NCBI GenBank assembly: GCA_977017575.1 | Contig: CDRNVI010000091.1 | Coordinates: forward strand, 19,111 to 83,110 | Length of the DNA stretch: 64,000 nt | Source: Paramoeba atlantica | Lineage: Eukaryota; Protista; Discosea | Direction of reading: 5' to 3' | Shown: piece by piece, positions 44,891-55,485 of the stretch | Layout: every line of letters starts with the position of its first letter | Position numbering within the stretch: the stretch's first letter is position 1 | The notes under the pieces: generated by a model | What the model saw: only the letters and a program-made list of their open reading frames with translations | Told to the model about the DNA's origin: nothing | Database searches by the model: none | Made by a program: the position numbers and the translations under genes

Positions 44891-45157
44891 TAAAAAATCA
44901 CTTATTAGTTACATATCACCTATTAGTTACCAAAATCCTATGTAACTAATGTGCGTGGGGGGGTTTATGAATTTTAGCGATCATATTTTTTGTATTGGAT
45001 GTATTTTTAAAGAGACCTCAAAATAGCAGGAACTTGGAGATCTTAGAATTTTGAACCAAAAAGTGGTGCCGAAACCCCCCTAAGCCTCGTTGTACAAAAA
45101 AAAGTGGGGGGTGACTTATTCGCTGTGGGGGGTTTATATTGCATTGTTGCAGTTAAA

Positions 45158-46342
45158 TTAATCAAGAAACACTTTGTCCTCTTCTTCATTTTCAGAAGGT
45201 GAGGATGATGTGTCCAGATCCCATCCCATGGACCTGTTTCCCATTTGCAAAGACATATTGTGCGTCGTGGTTGGATACTTAGGGTCCTGTGATAAGGTCC
45301 GACTATCACAATTATCAAAGCAACCAAGGCTGAGAAAATGTAGCAATGATGTGACGCCAAGATCGGTGTCATGCGAAGTGTTAATATTTGCACTAGCGCT
45401 TATAAATTTACTATGGGGTAGTGTATCTGCACATGGAGGTGGGACAGCGTGCGTTTGTTTTTGTATCTGCAACAAGAACGGAGAAGAGGTGTATTTTAAA
45501 GTTGTTTGTCCTTCCGAACCTCTTATTTCAGAAGACACGTCAGTACGGTAGGATATAGCTTCTTTGCGCAATGTTTTACGCTGAACAAGCGAAAGCTTGC
45601 GTGTAATAAAAAAGGAGAACTTAGATCCGTTCGAGAATGCACACTCAACCTGCGACGCATCATGTTTATGCTCTGCTAGAACTGAACAAGAGCGAGCCTG
45701 AGATGTTTCAGCGAAACTCGATGTGAATCCAGAGTCACCAAAGTTACGGGCGCGTCGCTTTTTTCCGCTGCTGCTGTCCTTATTAGAACGATCTGCATCC
45801 GAATTGGAGTAAGATTCCCGTACTACATCTACTTGTTCAGAGTTGCACTCGGTTTCAACATGACAGCTTTGTGTACTGAATGGAGGATGGAAGGAAGACC
45901 CATTTAAGTGAAAATTCGAGGCATCTAATGTAACATTCGTATTGCGAGATCTCACAGAGATGGGTGTTTCTTTCAGAGCCTCAGAACAACACTCAGCAGA
46001 GACCCCGGTTTGTGAAATATCATCCGATACACTTTCCAACACAACTAAGTCCCCCCGTTGTAACCAAATCACTTTGTGCAGTCGTCGAGAAAGCTTTGCG
46101 AGCGCGGTGGGAAATAATGCATCATTATTTTTTTCATATTCCTCGTCATCTGGTGAGAAATGTGTTTTTTTGGTTTCCTTTGTTGCGTTTGGGCGCCAGT
46201 ACTCCACTTTCCAGAGATTGTTTCCGCGGCACTCGAGACACCGAGCAAGACACTCTGTGGAGGAATGAAGTAAGGGGACCTGCTTTTCGTTCATTTGCTG
46301 CACTACGTGTCGGGCATGGTGATGGCGTCCCACCCCGCTCAT
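45158..46342 (-). CDS. EIF1AD: EIF1AD-like OB-fold RNA-binding protein with long insertions
   Basis: RHVVQQM...RGNNLWKVE...LAKLSRRLHKVIWLQRGDLVVLE resembles the EIF1AD pattern KHVV...GNNLHEV...IWIKRGD. Confidence 0.7.
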   Translation of the reverse strand: MSGVGRHHHARHVVQQMNEKQVPLLHSSTECLARCLECRGNNLWKVEYWRPNATKETKKTHFSPDDEEYEKNNDALFPTALAKLSRRLHKVIWLQRGDLVVLESVSDDISQTGVSAECCSEALKETPISVRSRNTNVTLDASNFHLNGSSFHPPFSTQSCHVETECNSEQVDVVRESYSNSDADRSNKDSSSGKKRRARNFGDSGFTSSFAETSQARSCSVLAEHKHDASQVECAFSNGSKFSFFITRKLSLVQRKTLRKEAISYRTDVSSEIRGSEGQTTLKYTSSPFLLQIQKQTHAVPPPCADTLPHSKFISASANINTSHDTDLGVTSLLHFLSLGCFDNCDSRTLSQDPKYPTTTHNMSLQMGNRSMGWDLDTSSSPSENEEEDKVFLD

Positions 46343-46524
46343 GGAAGACTAAGAAAAGATATGAAAGAAAGATTAGCACGTTTAGATTTTGTATGGAAGG
46401 TATTTATGCACTGTGCAGCAAAATGAGCTTTTTAAAGATTTCTAAAAATCTTTGCGTGGAAAGATGGAGAACAGTATTGAAGTGCGGAGAAATGTCGCGC
46501 GGTAAAGAAATAAAGAAGAAAGTC

Positions 46525-46995
46525 CTAAAAGCGATGTCGTGTAGCATACTGCTGCACACTTTCCACCTTTGCAAGTCCTTTTTGCGCTCCGCGGAACACG
46601 ATCTCAATCAAATCTACCATTTCTTGTGGCTCATGGATAGGGAAATGAATTCGAGAATGTACCCCACTGCCGCAATCAACTTGGATGTGACGGTTCTGAT
46701 AAAAAAACATGACGTTCACGTCATCCTCAAGCTCATACATATCAGTGAAATCCGAAATGACATCCATATCAACGGCGTAAATTTCTGCAAAATTACGTAC
46801 TAGATGAACAATTCGGCGCAGTGTTTCGTCCATTTCTGCGCAGTCCGACGTGTTTTCACGACCAAAGCGAATCACAATAACGTAAGGAATGTCTGTGTTA
46901 ATGGCCAAGTCAACAGAGTAAGGGGTATGAATTCGTGTGAGCTCACGCTGGCTGCGCTTGGCAATGTGGTACGTTTTTTTCGGATCTTCCGACAT
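46525..46995 (-). CDS. DIM1: U5 snRNP thioredoxin-like protein Dim1
   Basis: VDLAI...VIVIRFG...CAEMDETL...VRNFAEIYAVD...DFTDMYEL...VMFFYQNRHIQVDCGSG...EMVDLIEIVFRGAQKG. Confidence 0.92.
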   Translation of the reverse strand: MSEDPKKTYHIAKRSQRELTRIHTPYSVDLAINTDIPYVIVIRFGRENTSDCAEMDETLRRIVHLVRNFAEIYAVDMDVISDFTDMYELEDDVNVMFFYQNRHIQVDCGSGVHSRIHFPIHEPQEMVDLIEIVFRGAQKGLAKVESVQQYATRHRF

Positions 46996-47251
46996 ATGAA
47001 TGTGTGAAACCCTACCCGCTATTCAAGGGTAGAGGAAGAGGATGAAAATGTAACAGATAAACAAAAAATGTCTTTCTTATGGTATTTCCGGGAGATAATG
47101 ATACCGATAGAAGCCAAACAGAACGTGTAAAGAGTGAGTAACCAGAATATGCATAGAAAGTGGTTACAAAGACGAATATTAAAAACAAAAGAATGAGTCA
47201 CCTTTGCACACCGAAACCGAAGTCCTTGTCGATAACCTCCCCACCGCTCTT

Positions 47252-49207
47252 TCAATCCTTTTCGAATTCCAAATAGGACACACTCATCCCTTCTCCCCTA
47301 TCTCCTCTCCCCCCTCCCCCCTCAGACCGCATCCGAGGGTTTTGCCGGCGTAAGCGCTGCCCCATTTTCGTCACCGAGGCCACCACAGCCGCATCCCGGG
47401 CCATATCCTCCTCAGAGCCTGCCGCATTCGGGTCCAAATGCCTTCTCACCCCTAGACGACGAAAATCAACCTTATGTTGCGCATACAAATGATCGTACCG
47501 TGTCTGCGGGCTCTCCGCCATCCAATGCGCACCCCTCTCATACAAATCCGTCCGGGAAATCGTATTCTTACTCTCCATCCGGGTGTCCTTCTTTTGTTCC
47601 TCCACCTTAAACTGGTAAAACAACGAATCCGCCGGGGTACTCTCCCAGGTCTTCTTTCCCCCATGACGGCCATAATACGGTCCAATCCCGCTACTCCCTT
47701 TTTGGTCCTTTTCCTGCGGCAACCCGCGCATCCCGCCCCCACTGGTGAGCTCCAGAAGGTCATCCACATACTGCTCCGCGCGCCTCATGTTTAAAAACGA
47801 AAACTGAGACTTTGATCGCGCCCAGGCGTACTTCCTCCCCTCCGGGATACGGTAACAAATCAACGCGTCGTTGATATGAAATTTAACCACCGGAGAGAGG
47901 AATTCCGGAGGAAGACCATTTTCCCGAAGCGTATCCACCAAAAGCGGAATTTTCTTCATCTCCGCATGATTCGGTTGACCGTAATAAGCCATATCCCCGG
48001 CCAACGGGGTATAGGCCCGATCGACAATATCCCGTAGATACAGCTCCGCGGCCTCTAACGAAAGCCTCGAGGACGCGTTCGAGGCCACGCAATCCGCCCA
48101 CAGCGCATCCGCGGCCTCGGGATTTCTATTCTCCCGGTAACATTCAAACATTAAAGTAAAAAGAGTAAACGATAAATTTTCGGGGCATTTCGAGCGCAGC
48201 CAGTGGAACAGAGACTGGGCCTGGGTGAGTTCCCCACACAGGCTGAGGGCCCGGATGGTGTGAAGATAAGTAGTGAGATTCGGGCAGACCTTTTGGACCC
48301 CCAGCGCGTCGTAGGTTTGGGCAAACACACGCTGGCAGTTGGCAAAGCCCCCGGAGAGCATCACCGACATGAGCGCGTTGAAGAGATGGAGCAGCAGGGT
48401 TTTGTTGTTACTGTTTTGCAGGGAAGAAGAAGAAGAAAAAGAGGTGGAAAGCTCCGTTTTTGAAGCTTGTGAAGCTTGTAGTTTCGAGGTAGTAGAGCGA
48501 GTGGGGAGAGTACCGCTTCCTCTCTCCCTACGAAGTAAATCCATACAACACTCCACGACATAGCTGGCGTGGTCGACACGTTCGGTGCCTTGATACTCCC
48601 CCATTTTTTTAATCGCCTCCGTGGTGTCGTAGTGGCACTGGGTCTCACAAAGGTAGGTCTCGAGTTTTCGTGCGCGAAAACTTTCCACGAGGCTGGGGAA
48701 CGCGGTTAGAGGGAGTAGAGAAGACGGAGGGGCATCCCGCCCGTTGCGTAGGGGCATGAAATCACCATGGAGCGACAGAATCGCATCGAAATGGTTCATG
48801 GCGTACCCCGGGAACCCGTAATCATTGCACTCGCATAGGGAAATGTAATGCTGCCAGGCTTTTTTGGTTTTCTCCTCATGGGATACGGATGGAGGGGGTG
48901 TCTCATCGACCATGTCGTTTTCCCACCAATGTTGTTTTTCTCGGGACTCGATCGCGGATCGTTGCGCCTCGAAGGCTTTGATTTTTTCGTTCGTGCTCCG
49001 CGTGGTACGGATGTGATGTTCCAGTCGAGCTCGAGGCGACATGCGACAAGGGTAGAAAACCCCTCGCCAGTTCTCGAATCGAGATCGGCCCGGCATAAGG
49101 TACCGGTAGGTGGAGTGGGAGGGAACCGACATGGGGAAGGAGGGGAGAGGTAGAGGAGGAGAAAATAGGCTTGATTTGATGTTGAAAATAGTTGCGTGAG
49201 TCTGCAC
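47252..49207 (-). CDS. PPR-like protein, probably mitochondrial (likely ATG 49132)
   Basis: Repeats of about 35 aa: HLFNALMSVM, PNLTTYLHTIRALSLCGELTQAQSLFHWL, FTLFTLMFECYRENRNPEAADALWAD. Confidence 0.65.
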   Translation of the reverse strand: MQTHATIFNIKSSLFSPPLPLPSFPMSVPSHSTYRYLMPGRSRFENWRGVFYPCRMSPRARLEHHIRTTRSTNEKIKAFEAQRSAIESREKQHWWENDMVDETPPPSVSHEEKTKKAWQHYISLCECNDYGFPGYAMNHFDAILSLHGDFMPLRNGRDAPPSSLLPLTAFPSLVESFRARKLETYLCETQCHYDTTEAIKKMGEYQGTERVDHASYVVECCMDLLRRERGSGTLPTRSTTSKLQASQASKTELSTSFSSSSSLQNSNNKTLLLHLFNALMSVMLSGGFANCQRVFAQTYDALGVQKVCPNLTTYLHTIRALSLCGELTQAQSLFHWLRSKCPENLSFTLFTLMFECYRENRNPEAADALWADCVASNASSRLSLEAAELYLRDIVDRAYTPLAGDMAYYGQPNHAEMKKIPLLVDTLRENGLPPEFLSPVVKFHINDALICYRIPEGRKYAWARSKSQFSFLNMRRAEQYVDDLLELTSGGGMRGLPQEKDQKGSSGIGPYYGRHGGKKTWESTPADSLFYQFKVEEQKKDTRMESKNTISRTDLYERGAHWMAESPQTRYDHLYAQHKVDFRRLGVRRHLDPNAAGSEEDMARDAAVVASVTKMGQRLRRQNPRMRSEGGGGRGDRGEGMSVSYLEFEKD

Positions 49208-49441
49208 TTTGGATACGTTTGAAGTTTACGCGGTTCGTTCTGGAATTATGAAAAGAAAGTGATGTTGAATTGGGCAGAAAAAATGATAAGCAAATATGGA
49301 GAATAAGGCATTCAAATCGCCTGATTGTGGACCTCAAGCCAGACGGCTTGTCGAATGTTTCTACGCATGACAGATAAATTCACCAAATGACTTTGGTGGA
49401 AAGCTCCAACGGAAGTATTTTCACAAGAAATGGCGGCAAGT

Positions 49442-52243
49442 TTATAAATAATTCCTTTCCCCGACCAAATAATACACGTCCGAATATCCAGGCCAACTTG
49501 GGAAAGCTGTGATAATCTCCAAACTCTGGCTTGAGAGATCAACACCTGTGATGTATCCATACCCCAACACTCGGGAATTTCGCAGGCGTTGAGAAAAACC
49601 TTCGAGAGAGACCATTTTGTCTTCTCTGTCTTCACGTAAGGTGAGGTCTGTGTCAGTTCGAATCTCTGATTTCGTGGCTGAACTTTGTAACTCAGAAGAT
49701 GATGGTTTATCCATATTTTCACGTTTCTTTCGCTTGGAAGATCCTTCCTCCCGTTTTACCTGCACAAACGAGAGAATTCGTCCCATTAGATTTAAACTAA
49801 ACGCCGAGATCTCTTCTACTCCAATCGCCTCGAGCAAGGAGGTCTCACCAAGAGGAAGAATCCCCTCAATTGAATCTAACCGATGAGACGCTCCAACTCG
49901 AACCAATCGATGAGAAAAACTCGAAAGGGTACGGAGATGAGAGTGAGCACAAAATATACACGACAGAAGGCGATCAGAATCCAGATGAGACTTTTCTGTC
50001 CTAGATAACGCATGCTTTCCCTGAGAAATAAACTGTGGTTGTGATTGTTCTATTTTTGAGTCCTTTTCCACTTTGATTGTATCCTTTGCTATTTTTTTCT
50101 CTTTGCTCCATCGTAAGGTGCCGTAAAAATATTTACGAAGAAACGAGATGATGGAACTGGGATAGTAAAGTGTTCCATTCACTGTCGGGACAGTGACGAG
50201 TCCCATCGTGTCATAAATGCGAGAGAGATGAGGTTTAAGAATAGAAAGCGGAAGGACTTGTGATGGTTTCCCCGAGGGTTGAAGAGGAAGACTGGGGGGA
50301 GTAGAGGAAGCTGTCCTTCCCTCTTCCAACACAAAGGGTGAAAAAAGAGATGTGTTTTGATCCGATTCTTGCGGATACGCTCCCTCCGATGTTTTTTCAC
50401 GAACGTCACAAGGAACATGACGTCCACGAAGAGGCTCGACGGCATAAAGCGAAATATCAGTCATCCCGTTGGGATTTACGCAGTGGTCCTGATAGAGCAT
50501 ATTCTGGAGAGAAAAGTCCTCTTCCGTTTCAGGTAAAGACACGGAGGCATTGGATGCGTTTGCCGAGTCCAGAACGTTACGTACGGGTTTAGGTGAGCAT
50601 CGCTTTACCTCATGTATCAGTTGTTCATTGCCCACACAAAAAACCGTGTCAATATCAAAACTGTGAAGGACTAACGAGAGAAATGACCGCACCGTGAGGG
50701 GGGCAGAAAAGTCAATTGCTGGAGGAGACTCTTCTGTTTCGGAAATTGCCGATCTCAATCCAGAAATAGAGGAATGCTTTTCCTCATCCTCTAACGGAGT
50801 GGAAAGATCCAATGACGGAATGCGCACCACAAGACCTCCCCATCTCTCCTTTTCTTTTGCATGTTTTACAAAATATTGCCGCGTAACGGATGCCAGTCGA
50901 CGAACACACTGCACATAAAACGACCAATTTCCCTGTGGATGTGCAAATCCATAGAAAACAGAAAATGCAGGAGAATGCGTAAAAATACGACTGGGGTGAA
51001 GTGTCGCGTTAAGATGACTTACGCTCATGCTTTCGGGCAATCCTAAAAGCGGGTGGGAGGGGTCAAGGTCGACATAGGTCAAAGGATATCCCGCGCGAAC
51101 ACCGTAGTTGAGTAAAGCTTGTGAGAGGGTTCGTTTCCCGCTGCATGGACTTCCACAAATCATCACGCGTGGACCACAGAATGGAGCAGAGGATGAAGAT
51201 GCTAGATTTGTAGAAATAGAAGAAACATTCGCATTCGAGGAGATCGATCCAAAACTTGATGAAACCGTTTGCGTTACCCTTTTTCGTGTAGTTTCTTCAT
51301 TTCCTTCATCCTCCTGGTTCATCCTTTCCCTCCTGAGCACCCTTTCCTTTTGTTTTTCCCTTTCCTTTCCCACCACCGCAAATGAGGCCAGCGAAGCCAG
51401 CCCTTTTGCTTTTTCCTCCCCCTGCTGGGCGCGTCTCCGGGCACTGTGCAACACACTGTGGAGATCCACAAACACAGGCGTGTCGGAATGCGGGAGGACG
51501 GCACAAAAATTTCGTGGATCTAAGGGGTGGGTCTCTCGTTGTTGTTTTTCCCCAAAGACGGAGCGCGGGGTGGGGTAGGGGGTCGTGAGCCCTACACGCG
51601 CCACACACCCTGTCGGGGAATACACCCCAAGGTGGGAACACTCACAGGAGAAAAGATAGCGGTGTTGGAGAAACAGCTCGGCACCGAAAATTTCGGCCGT
51701 GGAGAATAAAGAAGAGCTGGGAGAGGCTGGAGAAGAAGAAACAGAAGAAGAAACCGAAGTCTTGGGGAGAGAAGAAACAGAGGCTGATCTTTCTTTTTCA
51801 TGGGGTCGTTTTTTTAATCCAGCAGCTTTGGTTTGTTGTTGGGTTGCGCAGCGTGGAGAAGAGACAGTGTCTTCGTTTTCCGCCCAGGAGGAGTAGTCAT
51901 CATCTTCTGTCGTTTTTTGGGGGTTTCCGATAGAGGATGAATGCGCACTGCGTCGTGGTTTTAGAATGGTCAGATGTAAGGCAGGGGCAATGTAATCAGC
52001 TGCATACTCTCGTAGCTCCGTGCTTCCGGAGGCAGGCGTGTTCTTTTGGAGATGTGATAAAGTTTTAACACTTTCATTTGCGGGACGATCGATTGATTTA
52101 GAGGAATTATGGCTTTGATGTGTCTCGCTTTTGTGGAATGAGAAACAGTGGGGTCCTAATGGGAGAGTATTGATGCCGCAGTGCACACGCAACTCATGGC
52201 GTGGGGGAATCAGAAAGTCAACTGTAGGTCCCGAGTGAGACAT
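49442..52243 (-). CDS. CLP1: Polyribonucleotide 5'-hydroxyl kinase Clp1
   Basis: IPPRHELRV N-terminus, PRVMICGSPCSGKRTL P-loop, TYVDLDP Walker B, C-terminal VLGYGYITGVD. Confidence 0.85.
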   Translation of the reverse strand: MSHSGPTVDFLIPPRHELRVHCGINTLPLGPHCFSFHKSETHQSHNSSKSIDRPANESVKTLSHLQKNTPASGSTELREYAADYIAPALHLTILKPRRSAHSSSIGNPQKTTEDDDYSSWAENEDTVSSPRCATQQQTKAAGLKKRPHEKERSASVSSLPKTSVSSSVSSSPASPSSSLFSTAEIFGAELFLQHRYLFSCECSHLGVYSPTGCVARVGLTTPYPTPRSVFGEKQQRETHPLDPRNFCAVLPHSDTPVFVDLHSVLHSARRRAQQGEEKAKGLASLASFAVVGKEREKQKERVLRRERMNQEDEGNEETTRKRVTQTVSSSFGSISSNANVSSISTNLASSSSAPFCGPRVMICGSPCSGKRTLSQALLNYGVRAGYPLTYVDLDPSHPLLGLPESMSVSHLNATLHPSRIFTHSPAFSVFYGFAHPQGNWSFYVQCVRRLASVTRQYFVKHAKEKERWGGLVVRIPSLDLSTPLEDEEKHSSISGLRSAISETEESPPAIDFSAPLTVRSFLSLVLHSFDIDTVFCVGNEQLIHEVKRCSPKPVRNVLDSANASNASVSLPETEEDFSLQNMLYQDHCVNPNGMTDISLYAVEPLRGRHVPCDVREKTSEGAYPQESDQNTSLFSPFVLEEGRTASSTPPSLPLQPSGKPSQVLPLSILKPHLSRIYDTMGLVTVPTVNGTLYYPSSIISFLRKYFYGTLRWSKEKKIAKDTIKVEKDSKIEQSQPQFISQGKHALSRTEKSHLDSDRLLSCIFCAHSHLRTLSSFSHRLVRVGASHRLDSIEGILPLGETSLLEAIGVEEISAFSLNLMGRILSFVQVKREEGSSKRKKRENMDKPSSSELQSSATKSEIRTDTDLTLREDREDKMVSLEGFSQRLRNSRVLGYGYITGVDLSSQSLEIITAFPSWPGYSDVYYLVGERNYL

Positions 52244-52643
52244 AATGTACGAATAAATAATCTGAAGAACAAGCCCACAAATCCCGTTACATTCGGAAGC
52301 AATATTAAAAATATTGAGAGATAGCAGGTTAAAGAGTCACAGATTAGAGTTGCATGTATTAAAATCAAAAACTCCCCTGACGGTTAGCTTTCACAAAGAC
52401 ACTTTCGTTTTTCATTGTTCACACTATTATCACCGTCTTGATCTGCGAAATCATTTCGACCCTCTTCGCCCCCTACTTAAGAGTCCTATTTACTTATGGG
52501 TTCGGTTTTGTAGATCAAAGATATTTTTTTCTTAGCTCGACCCCTCCACCCTATTTAAGAATCCAAGCGTCCATAGTCGGCGCACTCCTAAGTAGCGGAG
52601 AAGTAATTAGATAACATATCAAAAAACAAAAATGGATGTGGTG

Positions 52644-53312
52644 TTATAAACGTAATAGCGTAGTGACTCCAGCAAGTGCACCCATTGCACAGGCAAAAGT
52701 TAAACATTGCTCAGATGAAGGCTTCTTAAAAATATATGTGCCATCTAACAAAAAGACATTGAGATCCTCGGGTAACATTTTTGAATCATACAATCCGTAA
52801 AGACCTGAATTCCCTGAGAGGTTGATGCGACATAAGTGCTCGGATAGGTCATGGATATATACAATACCTTGAAACTTGTTCCCGTCTAAATACAGCGATC
52901 TTAACATTGAAGGGCACTGGGAAAACTTTAAGTTCCCTGTAAATTTATTGTTGGATAAAGTTATCGCCCGCATGTCCCGTGGGAATTCATCGAGTGATAC
53001 AGGACCGCTTAGTTTGTTAGACGACAAGTCTAGATATGCCAATTGTTGAGGAAGGTGCCTCCAAGTCAAATTGCATCCTCGTAAATTGTGGTTATTCCAA
53101 TATATGGAGCGCACATTCCCTTCGGGATTACAGACAACCCCACTCCATTTACACGGTGGACAGGAAGAGCTCCAACTGTGATGGTAGGTTCGTATTTTTT
53201 GTATGAACATCGATAGTATAATTTCGTCAGGTTGAGAATTTAGACCGACTCTTCCTAAGCGAGATTTACGAATCAGTGGGGATTCTCTGGTTAAAACGTT
53301 AAACCTCAACAT
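52644..53312 (-). CDS. Leucine-rich repeat protein with hydrophobic C-terminus (copy 1)
   Basis: PCKWSGVVCN cap, LRRs, tail CLTFACAMGALAGVTTLLRL. Confidence 0.9.
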   Translation of the reverse strand: MLRFNVLTRESPLIRKSRLGRVGLNSQPDEIILSMFIQKIRTYHHSWSSSCPPCKWSGVVCNPEGNVRSIYWNNHNLRGCNLTWRHLPQQLAYLDLSSNKLSGPVSLDEFPRDMRAITLSNNKFTGNLKFSQCPSMLRSLYLDGNKFQGIVYIHDLSEHLCRINLSGNSGLYGLYDSKMLPEDLNVFLLDGTYIFKKPSSEQCLTFACAMGALAGVTTLLRL

Positions 53313-53455
53313 AAAGGAATATAATTTGAAACTGAAAAAAATGTTACTTGCAATTTGTTGCCTTGTGTATAGGTAGTTTCAAGACCTTTGGCCATGAAAT
53401 ACTCGTAGTCCCCCACGGTAAGGGAATCGGTTTTGGGCGAAAAAGGCCAAATATA

Positions 53456-53789
53456 CAGTGCGGGATTTTGTTACGGGACACGTTAATTACGGGACAACTC
53501 AATTACGGAACACTTGGGTCTTGGAGTGAGTTTCGCTCCCACTTCCTGGAACGAAGTGTGTAGGATCGGGCTAGGCCGGCGTATTCTCCGCAAAACAGTT
53601 TTACACGCCCAAATAAGCAGTGTATAAAAATAACAAAAAATATAGCAACAGAACCTTTAGTACAATCACTCACTACATTTCACAGATCATTTCACAGGTC
53701 AAAGCTAAGGGACACTTAATTACTGGACACTTTTGACCAGAAAGGGGGTGTCCCTTAATTAAGGTGTCCCGTAATAATGTTCCGCACTG
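53456..53789. mobile_element. Tc1/mariner-type MITE (334 bp)
   Basis: TA|CAGTGCGGGATTTTGTTACGGGACAC ... GTGTCCCGTAATAATGTTCCGCACTG|TA. 26-bp TIRs, 22/26 matching. Confidence 0.85.
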
Positions 53790-53882
53790 TAAACCATGTT
53801 CCAGGATACCTACTAGGTATACCTAGTATACCTAGTAGGTATACTAAGTGGGCATGGGTATACTGTCCTGGAACATGGTTTA
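53790..53882. repeat. 93-bp palindromic element
   Basis: 17-bp inverted ends TAAACCATGTTCCAGGA / TCCTGGAACATGGTTTA around an internal TACCTACTAGGTA...TACCTAGTAGGTA palindrome. Confidence 0.8.
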
Positions 53883-53900
53883 GTTTTCTTCTATTAACTA

Positions 53901-54774
53901 CAGGGGGGAAATTAAGTTATGTCAACAAAAGTCATGTTAATTAACACGACTTATGTTGACACAACTTATGTTGCCACAACATATGTTCACTTTTTTACAA
54001 AACTTTGCCAATTCTTACTGTTTGCTAAAAAAACACGCCCATTGAAGAAAAGTTTCATTTAGTCACTCATTTCACAAAGAAAATTGCAAACTTCAAACGC
54101 AGTAAAATATTTATTAGAGCACGGGCCCATTTACAGAAGATTCCAAAAAATATATTATAATTTACAAAAGACAATTACCAATCAATCGAGTGACATTTTG
54201 TAGCGGAACTCGCGCTCTTTAGCCGCTCGGACTATCAAAGGTGACCGTTTTAAGAGTGTTGCACTTCTAGAAATTTTCTTCAGTTTTTCAATTTCTGGGT
54301 GAGATACTTTCTTACTTTTTTTCTTCGCTTTCTTACGAGCTTCTACTCAAGGTCAGTGAGTATTGTGGACCTTCCCATAGATTTTGATTTAAAGTAGCGC
54401 TCGTTTTCGGGTAGACCTTTACGTTTACTTTCGTTGTAGTGAGATAAGTATTTTGAAAAAAGGGAAACTGAATGAAACGTACCATGAACTCTTTCCGATT
54501 CGCGAGAAGCTTTGCTCGGACCCAAGCTTTTCGCCATTTGTGCCACCATGACCTTTTCCTCTAGGGAAGAAGGGTACTGCTTTGGGGTCTCTATGGAATT
54601 TAGGTCGCCCAAGACCTTTGCTTCAAGGGGGGTGAGCAAATATGCATCTATTTTATAAATAAAGAAAACAAAATCTATTTTTTAACATACTTTTGTTCCT
54701 CACCACCTTTTTCGCATTAACACGACTTTTGTTGACACAACTTTTGTTGCCACGACTTTTGTTACGATAACTTG
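53901..54774 (-). mobile_element. Decayed pogo/Tigger-like element
   Basis: TA-flanked ends with 15-bp subterminal repeats (ACAAAAGTCGTG..). The - strand encodes SLEEKVMVAQMAKSLGPSKASR...GRSTILTDLE*...FRYKMSLD*L, resembling pogo Brinker-type plus Tc5 HTH domains. Confidence 0.65.
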
Positions 54775-54816
54775 TATCTCTTACTGGGAGGGCACAGTAG
54801 CCGATTACGAATGGAG

Positions 54817-55485
54817 TCATAAACGTAATAGTGTAGTGACTCCAGCAAGTGCACCCATTGCACAGACTAAAGTTAAACATTGCCAAGATGAAGGCTTCTT
54901 AAAAATATATGTGCCATCTAACAAAAAGACATTGAGATCCTCGGGTAACCTTTTTGAATCATACCATCCGTAAAGACCTGAATTCCCTGAGAGGTTGATG
55001 CGACATAAGTGCTCGGATAGGTCATGAATATATACAATACCTTGAAACTTGTTCCCGTCTAAATACAGCGATCTTAACATTGGAGGGCACTCAGAAAACT
55101 TTAAGTTCCCTGTAAATTTATTGTTGGATAAAGTTATCGCCCGCATGTCCCGTGGGAATTCATCGAGTGATACAGGACCGCTTAGTTTGTTAGACGACAA
55201 GTCTAGATATGCCAATTGTTGAGGAAGGTGCCTCCAAGTCAAATTGCATCCTCGTAAATTGTGGTCATTCCAAAACATAGAGCGCACTTGCCCTTCGGGA
55301 TTACAGACAACCCCACTCCATTTACATGGTGAACAGGAAGATTTCCAACTGCGATGATGAGTTTCAATTTCTTGTATGAACATCGATAGCATAATTTCGT
55401 CAGGTTGAGAATTTAGACCGATTCTTCCTAAGCGAGATTTACGAATCGACAGGGATTCGCTGGTTAGAACGTTTAACCTCAACAT
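54817..55485 (-). CDS. Leucine-rich repeat protein (copy 2, close paralogue of 52644-53312)
   Basis: Same 222-aa length from ATG 55485. Only scattered substitutions. Confidence 0.9.
   Translation of the reverse strand: MLRLNVLTSESLSIRKSRLGRIGLNSQPDEIMLSMFIQEIETHHRSWKSSCSPCKWSGVVCNPEGQVRSMFWNDHNLRGCNLTWRHLPQQLAYLDLSSNKLSGPVSLDEFPRDMRAITLSNNKFTGNLKFSECPPMLRSLYLDGNKFQGIVYIHDLSEHLCRINLSGNSGLYGWYDSKRLPEDLNVFLLDGTYIFKKPSSWQCLTLVCAMGALAGVTTLLRL

Larger units (their letters stand above)
28859..45157. other. Convergent strand-switch region between polycistronic gene clusters
   Basis: All host genes to the left are on +, all to the right on -. No conserved housekeeping gene recognised in between, only mobile-element relics and repeats. 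Confidence 0.85.
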
